The position numbers and the translations under genes are program-made. A stretch of DNA of 64,000 nucleotides from Geobacteraceae bacterium (lineage in GTDB: Bacteria; Desulfobacterota; Desulfuromonadia; Geobacterales; Geobacteraceae): positions 115 through 64,114 of the forward strand of contig JAGFXO010000001.1 of NCBI GenBank assembly GCA_017861285.1, written 5' to 3'. How positions within the stretch are numbered: the first letter of the stretch is position 1; each line of letters begins with the position of its first letter. The notes beneath the pieces were generated by a model. It had not been told where the DNA came from, did no database searches, and was given only the letters and a program-made list of their open reading frames with translations. Below are positions 31,613 to 40,669 of the stretch, one piece after another.

Positions 31613-31636
31613 AAAAAGCCCTTCTCGGAGAAGGGC
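31613..31636 (-). terminator. Hairpin plus T-run between ndk and rlmN
   Basis: On the minus strand: GCCCTTCT/AGAAGGGC stem followed by TTTTT. Confidence 0.55.
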
Positions 31637-31660
31637 CGTTTCGAGATGTTGTTTTTCAGA

Positions 31661-32077
31661 TTATTGTACAAGTTCGATCCGGCTGAAAAAATAGGGGATT
31701 TCATAGTTGGCCGATTCGGGAGAATCAGAACCATGCACGCTGTTTTCCTCCAGGCTCAGACCGAACTCATTTCTGATGGTCCCGGATTCAGCTGAGTCGG
31801 GGTTTGTAGCACCCATGAGCCTGCGCCAATCTGGTATGGCATTTTCCTTTTCCAGAACCAGAACTATTACGGCGCTCCTTGACATGTAAGCACAAAGGTC
31901 CGCAAAAAAGGGGCGTTCCTGGTGCACATAGTAGAAACCTTCCGCTTCAGGTCTGGAAAGGAGGATTTTTTTCATTGCCGCTATGGAAAAACCGGCCGAC
32001 TCGATCCTGTCTATAATTTTGCCGGATATATTTCTCTCGACCGCATCGGGTTTGATAATTGCCAACGTCCTGTTCAC
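31661..32077 (-). CDS. ndk: Nucleoside-diphosphate kinase
   Basis: [12 protein letters not shown] and HGSDS motifs. The likely GTG start at 32077 sits behind GGAGGG; the track start is at 32104. Confidence 0.9.
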   Translation of the reverse strand: MNRTLAIIKPDAVERNISGKIIDRIESAGFSIAAMKKILLSRPEAEGFYYVHQERPFFADLCAYMSRSAVIVLVLEKENAIPDWRRLMGATNPDSAESGTIRNEFGLSLEENSVHGSDSPESANYEIPYFFSRIELVQ

Positions 32078-32160
32078 ACTTCCCTCCGGAAGATGGATTT
32101 GCACCTAACTCAGCGTTTTTGAATAACATTCAGGGGATTGATTGTCAAGGGGATTTGAAT

Positions 32161-32190
32161 AAAAAAAGCCTACAGACAGATCTGTAGGCT
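32161..32190 (-). terminator. Strong rho-independent terminator after the small lipoprotein gene
   Basis: 10-bp stem AGCCTACAGA/TCTGTAGGCT with a 4-nt loop, followed by a T7 run on the minus strand. Confidence 0.8.
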
Positions 32191-32223
32191 TTTCAACCTG
32201 TTGAAAGGCAGGTCACATGCCAG

Positions 32224-32418
32224 TTACTTCTTCTCAGGAGCTGCAGTCTCAGTGGTGGTGGTGGTGGTTTCCGTTGTGACGGAAGACATAGGAGCCTGCG
32301 GTACCGGAGTAGCAGTCGTGGTGGTTTCGGTGGTTGTGGTTTCTTCTTTTTTCTTGCAACCAACTGCGAAAGCCAGAGCGATAACAAGGCACAGAGCTAA
32401 TGTAATCAGTTTTTTCAT
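32224..32418 (-). CDS. Small Thr-rich lipoprotein (64 aa)
   Basis: MKKLITLALCLVIALAFAVGC is a signal peptide plus lipobox. It is followed by the KKKEETTTTETTTTA...TTETTTTTTE low-complexity region. The gene has its own terminator. Confidence 0.6.
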   Translation of the reverse strand: MKKLITLALCLVIALAFAVGCKKKEETTTTETTTTATPVPQAPMSSVTTETTTTTTETAAPEKK

Positions 32419-32804
32419 TGACGATATCACCTCTTTTCTTTTCTGAATACCAAATCCGCGCAATGCACGTGGTTTTTTTCACCAGCAAACAATTGGCGAA
32501 TATACTAGCTTTAAATTAAATGTCAACATTTTTTTGCCGGCCCCAATTGTTTTTTATGCACCGTGCAGGGCGGTAACTTCGTGTATACGCTTAAAATTTA
32601 ATTATTTTGCTGTCTTAAAAAACCCCGCGGCACAACCTGTTTTTTCCTTTTCTTGTGTTTCTTCTCATAAGTTTTACGGTCAGAATCCGTATGCCACCCT
32701 GACAAAACTGTGATACTGCCAATATCAACGATACCATCCATATATGCAAACAGCAAAAAATAGTGTATATCACATATGCTAAAGAATGATCCACAGGAGG
32801 GAAC

Positions 32805-33353
32805 GTGAATAGCGATCTGTCAGCAACCGAAAAAGAAAAACTCCTTGCGATAGCACGGGAATCCATCGTAAGCCACTTAAGAAAAAGACAGATACCCGAT
32901 TACACTATCGAGGAAGAGAATCTCTCTGCCAGACGAGGCTGTTTCGTCACAATCAAATGTGAAGGGAAATTGCGTGGTTGTCTCGGTCAGTTCACTTCCG
33001 ACAAACCCCTGTATCAACAGGTCCGGGAAATGGCAATAGCAGCGGCAACGCGGGACCCGCGGTTTTATCCCATGGGTGATGAAGATGCTGAAAGTTTTGC
33101 CCTGGAAATATCCGTGCTGTCGCCTCTGAAAAAGATCGAAACGATTGAGGAAATAGAGGTGGGCAAGCACGGCTTGTACATAGAAAAAAACTTTTATCGG
33201 GGTGTTTTGCTACCCCAGGTTGCCGTGGAATACTGCTGGGACAGGGATACCTTTCTGAGCCAGACCTGCCTGAAAGCCGGCCTGGATAGTGATGACTGGA
33301 AAGAAGAAGCGGATATCTTCATTTTCAGCGCCGAAGTTTTCGGAGATTCCTGA
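32805..33353 (+). CDS. AMMECR1-domain protein (AmmeMemoRadiSam system protein A-like)
   Basis: 182 aa. RGCFVTI...LRGCLGQF core motif. GTG start behind GGAGGG. Confidence 0.85.
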   Translation: MNSDLSATEKEKLLAIARESIVSHLRKRQIPDYTIEEENLSARRGCFVTIKCEGKLRGCLGQFTSDKPLYQQVREMAIAAATRDPRFYPMGDEDAESFALEISVLSPLKKIETIEEIEVGKHGLYIEKNFYRGVLLPQVAVEYCWDRDTFLSQTCLKAGLDSDDWKEEADIFIFSAEVFGDS

Positions 33354-33366
33354 TCACTGAAGAAAC

Positions 33367-34677
33367 CTACCGTGCCGCCTGGGAGGCAAATTCTTCCAGC
33401 ATACCCGTACTGACCGATTTGGGGCGCTCTATGGGATAACCGAGTGCCCGGTCCCAGGTGATGTTTGCAAGTACTCCAAGCGCACGTCCTACGGCGAAAA
33501 GAACGGTATAGAAATCGTAGTCGGTGATACCGAAATACCAGTGGATGACACCGGAATGAGCATCGAGATTCGGCCAGGGATTTTTCACCTTGCCGTATTC
33601 CATGAGTATTCCGGGGGCAACCCTGTAAATCATGCTGACAATCCTGAAAAGTTCATAATCGGGCATATGCCTCTGACAGAACTCCATCTGAGCTGTAAAA
33701 CGCGGATCGGTTCTGCGCAATATCGCATGCCCATAGCCGGGAATCACGTGACCGCTGTTCAGGGTTTCCCAGATGAATGCCTTGAGATCTTCCTCGGTGG
33801 GAATCTTGCCGCCAAGCTTGTGGAGTACGTCCTGAATCCAGCGGAGCACTTCCTGGTTTGCCAGACCGTGCAGGGGACCTGAAAGCCCGTTGAACCCCGA
33901 TGAAAGGCTGTAATACGCGTCTGCAAGGCCCGAAGCCACAAGATGAGTCGTATGGGAAGAAATGTTGCCGGATTCGTGGTCGGAGTGGAGGATGAACGTC
34001 ATCCTGGCGGCATCGTCATAAGGCCTGGGGATACCCATCATATGCGCGAACTCCGCCCCCATGTCCATATACTTGCCGGGTTGGATGATAACGTCGGATT
34101 TATATTTCATCCGGTAGATATAGGCGGCGATCGCCGGGAGTTTGGCAATTATGTTCGTGCAATCTTCATACATCGGCTCCCAGTAGTCGTATTTCGAAAC
34201 CCCTTGTGCGTACTTCTTCGCGAAAATCGACTCCCTCTGCATCGCAAGGACGGCAGCGGACAGCATTGTCATGGGATGAGTGTCTCGGGGCATGGTGCGG
34301 AGAATATCAAAAACATACTGCGGTACCAGTGCACGGGCACTGAAATCCTCCACGACGGCAAGGGTTTCCATCATCGTAGGCACCTCGCCGGTCAGGAGAA
34401 AATACCAGAATCCCTCGACATAGGGATATTGGCAATTGGGAACATGGGGAAGATCGGAGAACACCTCCGTCACGGTCTTCCCCCTGAAGCGGATGCCGTC
34501 ATACGGGTCAAGATAGGAAATATCCGTAACCAGGCACTTTACATTGCGTACACCGCCGATGCATTGGCCTATGGTGACCTGGTCGATAACCACATCTTTA
34601 TGGTCCTTGAGCAATTTCGCCGTTCTGGAACGGTGAGCCTGAATCTTTTCAAAAAGCTTTTCTTTCAGCGATTTCAT
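33367..34677 (-). CDS. gltA: Citrate synthase, eukaryote/Geobacter-like type
   Basis: 436 aa. HSDHE.GN.S.H and GYGHA motifs; the overall architecture resembles mitochondrial-type citrate synthase. Confidence 0.9.
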   Translation of the reverse strand: MKSLKEKLFEKIQAHRSRTAKLLKDHKDVVIDQVTIGQCIGGVRNVKCLVTDISYLDPYDGIRFRGKTVTEVFSDLPHVPNCQYPYVEGFWYFLLTGEVPTMMETLAVVEDFSARALVPQYVFDILRTMPRDTHPMTMLSAAVLAMQRESIFAKKYAQGVSKYDYWEPMYEDCTNIIAKLPAIAAYIYRMKYKSDVIIQPGKYMDMGAEFAHMMGIPRPYDDAARMTFILHSDHESGNISSHTTHLVASGLADAYYSLSSGFNGLSGPLHGLANQEVLRWIQDVLHKLGGKIPTEEDLKAFIWETLNSGHVIPGYGHAILRRTDPRFTAQMEFCQRHMPDYELFRIVSMIYRVAPGILMEYGKVKNPWPNLDAHSGVIHWYFGITDYDFYTVLFAVGRALGVLANITWDRALGYPIERPKSVSTGMLEEFASQAAR

Positions 34678-34762
34678 CCGTTAGCTCTCCTCATCCGGCA
34701 AGGCCGTCATAAAATTCAAATGCTGCTCCGACGCATTGCGCCCCAGTGTGCAGCATGCAGTT

Positions 34763-35953
34763 TCACAGGATTACAAGATCCTGACTGGAAAATGTCAACT
34801 GTTCCAGACCGTTTTCCGACAGGTAAAAGGTATTTTCTATCCCGACCGAACCGACACCGGGGAAAACCAGCTTGGGCTCGAAGGCAAAAACCATCCCGGC
34901 TTCCATGACCATTTCGCTGAATCCCCGCGCCAGAAAGGGGTATTCATCAATTTCCACACCGATCCCATGACCGATAAAAGAGACCTGTGAACCCTTGCAG
35001 CCCATGAAGTGGTCCTGATAACCGAGTTCAACCGCAAGTTCCAGACAGGAGTCATAAATGTCACCCCATGCCGCTCCGGGCCTCACCAACTGCTTCATCA
35101 TCTCCTGCACTGCGAGCATATCCTCGTATCCGGTGCGGAGCCACTCGGGAAGATCTCCTACGGCAAAAAGGCGGGTTTGATCAACCAGGTACCCGTCAAT
35201 GCTGCCGGCAAAATCGACAATAATCGGCTCGCCGCGGCCGATCGGCTTGCAGCCTGCTCCCTGGCCGAAAGAAGGGTTTGGTCCGACGCCGCCCAGCGGC
35301 GTGTCAGTATAAGCGGGGACCGCACCGTCAGCACCGGAAAAGGTGTGGCCGAACATCATTTCCCCGTTGAAAGTCCGCATCCTGATAAGGCCCAAATGAC
35401 CCCCAAGGCGGGCAACATATTCGAGCTCAGCGGCAAGCTCGACGTCGGTCATCCCCTCCCTGATAATCTCCCGGGCTTTGCGGTACACCGAATCCACCTG
35501 CCGGGCGGCGTCCCGCATGATGTCGATTTCATAGGGAGATTTTACCATCCGTACCCTGCGGATCAGGTTCGTTGCGTCGGAAAAGCGGGCATCCGGAAAA
35601 ACTTTCCTGTATTTCTCAAAAAAAGCCACCGGAACAACGTCGAATTCCATCCCGACCCGCTGCGGTTCACGATAGCCGAAGCGGGAGAGAATACCGGGCA
35701 TTTCCCGCATCGAAGCGAATGGAACGATCTGCTTGAGCCCCGATTCTTTCTCTGCCCTCCGCAAATCCCTGCGAACCATGTAAATCGGCTCTCCTTCGAC
35801 AGGAACATACAGGTTCCCCGACTGTATCGTGCCGGTAAAGTAAAAAAGGTCTGCATTCTGAAGAATGATAACCGCATCCAGCCCCTCGGCGGCCATGTAC
35901 TGCTGCAGTTTCCTGTATCGCGCATCAAGCTCGTTTTTTGGCGTCAAACGCAT
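34763..35953 (-). CDS. M24-family Xaa-Pro peptidase
   Basis: 396 aa with a creatinase-like N-domain and a pita-bread C-domain (HGIGVEIDE). Confidence 0.85.
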   Translation of the reverse strand: MRLTPKNELDARYRKLQQYMAAEGLDAVIILQNADLFYFTGTIQSGNLYVPVEGEPIYMVRRDLRRAEKESGLKQIVPFASMREMPGILSRFGYREPQRVGMEFDVVPVAFFEKYRKVFPDARFSDATNLIRRVRMVKSPYEIDIMRDAARQVDSVYRKAREIIREGMTDVELAAELEYVARLGGHLGLIRMRTFNGEMMFGHTFSGADGAVPAYTDTPLGGVGPNPSFGQGAGCKPIGRGEPIIVDFAGSIDGYLVDQTRLFAVGDLPEWLRTGYEDMLAVQEMMKQLVRPGAAWGDIYDSCLELAVELGYQDHFMGCKGSQVSFIGHGIGVEIDEYPFLARGFSEMVMEAGMVFAFEPKLVFPGVGSVGIENTFYLSENGLEQLTFSSQDLVIL

Positions 35954-35993
35954 GGTAATTGCCTTTTCTTAATTGGATAATTGGGGAGAACCT

Positions 35994-37652
35994 TCAGGCA
36001 GTTTCGCCGGCATCTTCCAATTGGAGTTCCAGAATGGCCATCTCCCGCAACTTGAATTTCTGGATCTTGCCGGATGCCGTCATGGGATATGAATCGACAA
36101 ACTTCACATATTTGGGAATCTTGTAGTTGGCAATCTTGCCGCGGCAAAATTCCTTTACCTCCTCTTCGGTCATCTCCACACCCTTCTTCAGGATAACGGC
36201 CGCCATTACCTGCTCCCCGTATTTGCGATCCGGAACACCGTAGATCTGCACGTCGGAAATCTTCGGATGTGTGTAGAGGAATTCTTCAATCTCCTTGGGG
36301 TAGATGTTCTCGCCACCGCGGATGATCATCTGCTTGATCCGGCCGGTGATTTTGCAGTAGCCATTCTCATCCATCACCGCCAGGTCGCCGGTGTGCAGCC
36401 AGCCGTCGGCGTCGATCACCTTGGCGGTCTCTTCCGGCATCTTGTAGTAACCCTTCATGACCATATAGCCCCGGGCGCAAAGCTCCCCCTGCTTGCCCGG
36501 CGGCAGAGTGGCGCCGGTTTCGATATCGATGATTTTCACCTCGGCTCCGGGGAGCGCCCGGCCGACAGTGGCCACCCGCAATTCGATGGAATCCTCGGTA
36601 CGGGTCTGGGTGATACCGGGCGAAGACTCGGTCTGGCCGTAAACGCTGGTGATTTCGGTCAGGTGCATATCCTTCACCGCCCGCTTCATCACCTCGATGG
36701 GACAGACCGAACCGGCCATGATTCCGGTACGCAGGGTGGAAAGATCGAACCTGTCAAACTCCGGATGCTCCAGCTCGGCGATGAACATTGTGGGAACGCC
36801 ATGAACGGCGGTGCAGCCTTCCTTCTCGATGGTCTGCAAGACCTTCAGCGGATCAAAGATCTCCAGCGGTACCATGGCCGTTGCGTGGGTGACGCTGGCC
36901 ATGACTGCCAGAACGGAACCGAAGCAGTGAAAAAACGGCACCGGAATGCAGAGCCGGTCCTTTTCCGTGAACTTCATGCACTCGCCGATGTGAAACCCGT
37001 TGTTGACGAGGTTGTAATGGGTCAGCATGACCCCTTTGGGAAAGCCGGTAGTACCGGAGGTGTACTGCATGTTGACGGTATCGTGAATGTCAAGCGTTGA
37101 CTCCGCTGCAGCCAGCTCCTCTTCGGCGACTTCATTGCCCATCTCCATGATGCGGGCGAAGTTGAGCGTGCCGGCCGGAGTCCCCTCACCGATGAAGACA
37201 ACGTTCTTGAGGAACGGCAGTTTGGGGGTATTGAGCGCACCCGGCTGGGCGGTCGCCAGTCCCGGCACCACGCCGGTAAGAATCGATACGTAATCCGAAT
37301 CCTTGAAGGATTTGACCATGAACAGGGTTGTGGAATCTGACTGGTTAAGGATATATTCCAGCTCTGCCGACTTGTAGGCGGTATTGACCGTCACCAGAAT
37401 CGCGCCGATCTTGGCCGTGGCAAACTGGAGAATCACCCATTCGGGGACGTTATAGGCCCAGATTGCAACGTTGTCCCCCTTCCTGATTCCCAGCTTCAAG
37501 AGCCCTTTTGCCACCTGGCGGCAAACCTGATTGAACTCCCGGTAGGTATATCGAAGCCCTCTTTCCCAGTATACCAGCGCATCATTGTGCGGGTATTTCT
37601 CCGCCATATGGTCGAGCAGACCACCGATCGTAAATTCCAGTTGCTGTGCCAT
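35994..37652 (-). CDS. AMP-forming acyl-CoA ligase (fatty-acid-CoA ligase family)
   Basis: 552 aa. [15 protein letters not shown]-binding motif, plus GWLHTGD and a C-terminal SGKIQK. Confidence 0.9.
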   Translation of the reverse strand: MAQQLEFTIGGLLDHMAEKYPHNDALVYWERGLRYTYREFNQVCRQVAKGLLKLGIRKGDNVAIWAYNVPEWVILQFATAKIGAILVTVNTAYKSAELEYILNQSDSTTLFMVKSFKDSDYVSILTGVVPGLATAQPGALNTPKLPFLKNVVFIGEGTPAGTLNFARIMEMGNEVAEEELAAAESTLDIHDTVNMQYTSGTTGFPKGVMLTHYNLVNNGFHIGECMKFTEKDRLCIPVPFFHCFGSVLAVMASVTHATAMVPLEIFDPLKVLQTIEKEGCTAVHGVPTMFIAELEHPEFDRFDLSTLRTGIMAGSVCPIEVMKRAVKDMHLTEITSVYGQTESSPGITQTRTEDSIELRVATVGRALPGAEVKIIDIETGATLPPGKQGELCARGYMVMKGYYKMPEETAKVIDADGWLHTGDLAVMDENGYCKITGRIKQMIIRGGENIYPKEIEEFLYTHPKISDVQIYGVPDRKYGEQVMAAVILKKGVEMTEEEVKEFCRGKIANYKIPKYVKFVDSYPMTASGKIQKFKLREMAILELQLEDAGETA

Positions 37653-38036
37653 AAACTCCCTCCCCCTCCCCGGTATAGCAATTAATTATTTTTATGAATG
37701 AAACCTGTTGATTTAACAGGGATTTTATCAACTAACACGGAGCGTGTCCCAAGTCAAGATATTTTAAAACAAGGTATTATTTTTTATATGCGCATCATTA
37801 CGCTTTTGTTATCAACGGGGAGCATAATCCATAAAATCACATGTTTTTATCGATTGTTACAGTTGCTACTCCGGCTTGGACATAAGACCGGCACTTTGGC
37901 TGCACAAAACTTGAGCAATACGCTATTTTGTATGGTATTATTAATCGTTTTGTAACAGTGAACATTTTTTCCACAAGACTATCCACAACAGCTGTGGAAG
38001 GCCCCACAATTGCCTGTTTTTACTATTTTTACATAC

Positions 38037-38058
38037 TTGTAACATATTTGTAATATTG
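38037..38058 (+). promoter_or_regulatory. Pho-box-like direct repeat upstream of phoB
   Basis: TTGTAACATAT and TTGTAATATTG repeat with an 11-bp period, ending 36 nt before the phoB ATG. Further TGTAACA/TGTTACA heptamers lie at 37855 and 37951. Confidence 0.5.
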
Positions 38059-38093
38059 CAGGATTAGACTGCACCCGAAAGAGGGCGCATACC

Positions 38094-38774
38094 ATGAAAA
38101 CCATACTTGTCATTGAAGATGAAAAGGACCTGGCGGAGCTCATATCTTTCAATCTCGAAAAGGAGGGATACCGGGTTCTGACCGCGGTCGACGGTGCTTC
38201 AGGATTGGAAAGCGCCCGCGGCAACGTACCCGACCTTATCCTTCTGGATCTCATGCTTCCCGCCATATCCGGAGTTGAAATCTGCAAAATACTCAAGAAA
38301 AGTGAAAAAACTTCCCGGATTCCCATCATAATTCTCACCGCAAAGGGGGAAGAGATAGACAGGGTAGTCGGATTCGAAGTCGGAGCAGACGATTATGTGG
38401 TCAAGCCCTTCTCCAACAGGGAACTTATGCTGCGCATCAAGGCAGTTCTGCGGCGCGGGGAACAGGAACGTCAATCCGACAAAATCATCAGGATAGGTTC
38501 TCTTTGCATAGACACTTCACGGCATGCGATCACCTGTGCAGGGGAGGAAATCATCCTTACGACCACCGAGTACAAACTCCTCATCAACCTTGCCGAACGT
38601 TTGGGTCGCGTACAGAGCCGTGATGTCCTTTTAAAAAACGTCTGGGGCTACAACTATATTGGAGATACCCGCACCGTCGACACTCACATAACGAGACTGC
38701 GAACCAAACTGGGGGAAGCAGGAGACATGATAAAAACCGTCAGGGGTTTCGGGTACAAAATGGAGGATGCGTGA
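38094..38774 (+). CDS. phoB: Phosphate regulon response regulator
   Basis: 226 aa OmpR-family protein with a receiver domain and a winged helix (TVDTHITRLRTKL). Followed by phoR and the pst genes. Confidence 0.9.
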   Translation: MKTILVIEDEKDLAELISFNLEKEGYRVLTAVDGASGLESARGNVPDLILLDLMLPAISGVEICKILKKSEKTSRIPIIILTAKGEEIDRVVGFEVGADDYVVKPFSNRELMLRIKAVLRRGEQERQSDKIIRIGSLCIDTSRHAITCAGEEIILTTTEYKLLINLAERLGRVQSRDVLLKNVWGYNYIGDTRTVDTHITRLRTKLGEAGDMIKTVRGFGYKMEDA

Positions 38775-40540
38775 ACTTCGGGATACGTTGGAAACTTATC
38801 ATTTCATACCTTGCCCTCGTTCTGGTCATGGGCGGCGTACTGTATGGCTACCTGAATCATATCCTGGAGCGAAACCTCGTTCAGGGCATCAAGGAGAATC
38901 TTTTCAGTGAAGCCAGACTCACCAGGCTCATGGCTGAAAAAGAGATTATGGATATCCGCCGTGACGCGGATCTGATTGCCGATGCCGCAGGCAGGGAAAT
39001 CAGGGCGCGTGTCACCATTATATCCCTGAGCGGAAGAGTCGAAGGCGATTCGCAAATTGGCCCCGGAGATATGGGTAAACTGGAAAACCATGCCGATCGG
39101 CCCGAATTTAAAGGTGCTCTGCAAAACGGTTCTGGAAACTCCATTCGTTATTCAAGCACATTGAAGACTTACATGCTGTATATCGCCCTGCCTTTTTCCG
39201 CCAGGTCCGGACAGAACGGCGTGGTACGGCTTGCCCTGCCACTCTCCCAAGTCGAAGGTGCACTCTCGCAACTCCATTCGGTTCTCGCCGCCGCAGCCGC
39301 GCTTGCTTTCCTGTGTGCACTGCTGCTGAGCTACATTCTTTCAAATATCACCACACGGCCCCTCAGGGACATATCAGCGGCGGCAGCCAGGATCGGCAAG
39401 GGCGACCTGAGTTTTCGCATTCCGGTAACCGGTCGAGACGAAAGCGCGGAACTGGCCTCGGTCATGAACGACATGTCTGCACGCATAGAATCGAACATGA
39501 CGCGCATTTCTGCAGAAAGGAACAGGCTGGATACGATACTCAGCAGTATGGGAGAAGGAGTAATGGTAACAGACAACCTCGGAACCATTACTCTCGCGAA
39601 CCCCTCATTCAGAGATCTTTTTTCCCTCGATGACTACATTGAAGGGGAATCCCTCATAGAAATCACCCGTCAACCGGCACTGAACACATCCCTGAAGAGA
39701 ATCTTGCAGACACGGGAGGAAATCCAGGAGGAGATCACCCTGCAGGGCATCGATGAAAAGACTATCCTTGTCCATTGGGTTCCCTTGTTGGAAAAGGGAG
39801 AAATGGCCGGAGTCGTTGCCGTTTTCCACGATATCAGTGATTTGAAAAAACTGGAGAAGATCCGCAAGGATTTCGTGGCCAATGTTTCCCACGAACTGCG
39901 GACGCCGGTAGCCGTAATAAAGGGCTATGCGGAAGCGCTCATCAGTGACGGGCAGGGAATCGACAGAGAAAAGATCGCCCGTTTCAGCAAGATCATCCAC
40001 AATCATGCCGAACGCCTCACCTCCCTTATCAGCGACCTGCTCACCCTTTCACAGCTCGAGTCAGGAAAACTGGAACTGAACCTGCAACCGGTCACCATCC
40101 AGGGTGCGGTCAACCGGGCACGCAATCTGCTGGAATCCAAGGCAGCAGACAAGGAGATCAGCATAAATCAGCACATCAGCCACGGGTCGACACAGGTGCT
40201 CGTGGACCTCGGCAGACTGGAGCAGGTCCTCATAAACCTGTTGGACAATGCAATAAAATATACGCCGCTCCATGGTTCCGTAACCATATCAACGGAGGAC
40301 ATCGGTTCCATGATTAAGGTCTCCGTGACCGACACGGGAATCGGCATCCCGGCAAAAGACCTCCCCCGGATATTCGAGCGCTTCTATCGGGTGGATGCCG
40401 CGAGAAGCCGTGAAATAGGGGGGACGGGCCTTGGGCTTTCCATCGTCAAACATATCGTGCAGGCGCATGGCGGAACGGTGTCGGTAGAGAGTATCCAGGG
40501 CAAAGGCTCGACCTTTTCCTTTACCATCAGAAAGGCCTGA
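38771..40540 (+). CDS. phoR: Phosphate regulon sensor histidine kinase
   Basis: 589 aa. TM, HAMP, PAS, the HELRTP H-box and an HATPase domain. GTGA overlap with phoB. Confidence 0.9.
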   Translation: MNFGIRWKLIISYLALVLVMGGVLYGYLNHILERNLVQGIKENLFSEARLTRLMAEKEIMDIRRDADLIADAAGREIRARVTIISLSGRVEGDSQIGPGDMGKLENHADRPEFKGALQNGSGNSIRYSSTLKTYMLYIALPFSARSGQNGVVRLALPLSQVEGALSQLHSVLAAAAALAFLCALLLSYILSNITTRPLRDISAAAARIGKGDLSFRIPVTGRDESAELASVMNDMSARIESNMTRISAERNRLDTILSSMGEGVMVTDNLGTITLANPSFRDLFSLDDYIEGESLIEITRQPALNTSLKRILQTREEIQEEITLQGIDEKTILVHWVPLLEKGEMAGVVAVFHDISDLKKLEKIRKDFVANVSHELRTPVAVIKGYAEALISDGQGIDREKIARFSKIIHNHAERLTSLISDLLTLSQLESGKLELNLQPVTIQGAVNRARNLLESKAADKEISINQHISHGSTQVLVDLGRLEQVLINLLDNAIKYTPLHGSVTISTEDIGSMIKVSVTDTGIGIPAKDLPRIFERFYRVDAARSREIGGTGLGLSIVKHIVQAHGGTVSVESIQGKGSTFSFTIRKA

Positions 40541-40603
40541 CATGCAACAGCAGGAGGCGGGCAAAGAAATTCCTGTTACATTTTCAACATATCTTAGCAT
40601 GAA

Positions 40604-40637
40604 TGTAACATGCCTGTAACATTGACTACCCTATAAT
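40604..40637 (+). promoter_or_regulatory. Pho box plus -10 element of the pstS promoter
   Basis: TGTAACAT at 40604 and 40615 (11-bp period), then TATAAT at 40632-40637. An inverted TGTTACA lies at 40574. AAGGAGG RBS precedes the ATG at 40670. Confidence 0.55.
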
Positions 40638-40669
40638 CCGAGGGTGAAATCATCAACAAGGAGGTTACG

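Noticed and set aside
32249-32345. GTGGTGGTGG / ACC-type triplet repetition, considered as a microsatellite or CRISPR-like repeat
   Set aside because: It is the coding sequence for the Thr runs of the small lipoprotein. There is no spacer-repeat architecture.
33943-35980. Two long plus-strand ORFs (321 and 323 aa) opposite citrate synthase and the M24 peptidase
   Set aside because: They are antisense to genes with clear family motifs and have no RBS or recognisable domains.
37698-37955. 85-aa ORF in the AT-rich region upstream of phoB
   Set aside because: It lies in the promoter/Pho-box region, its hydrophobic low-complexity translation is typical of AT-rich non-coding DNA, and it has no RBS.
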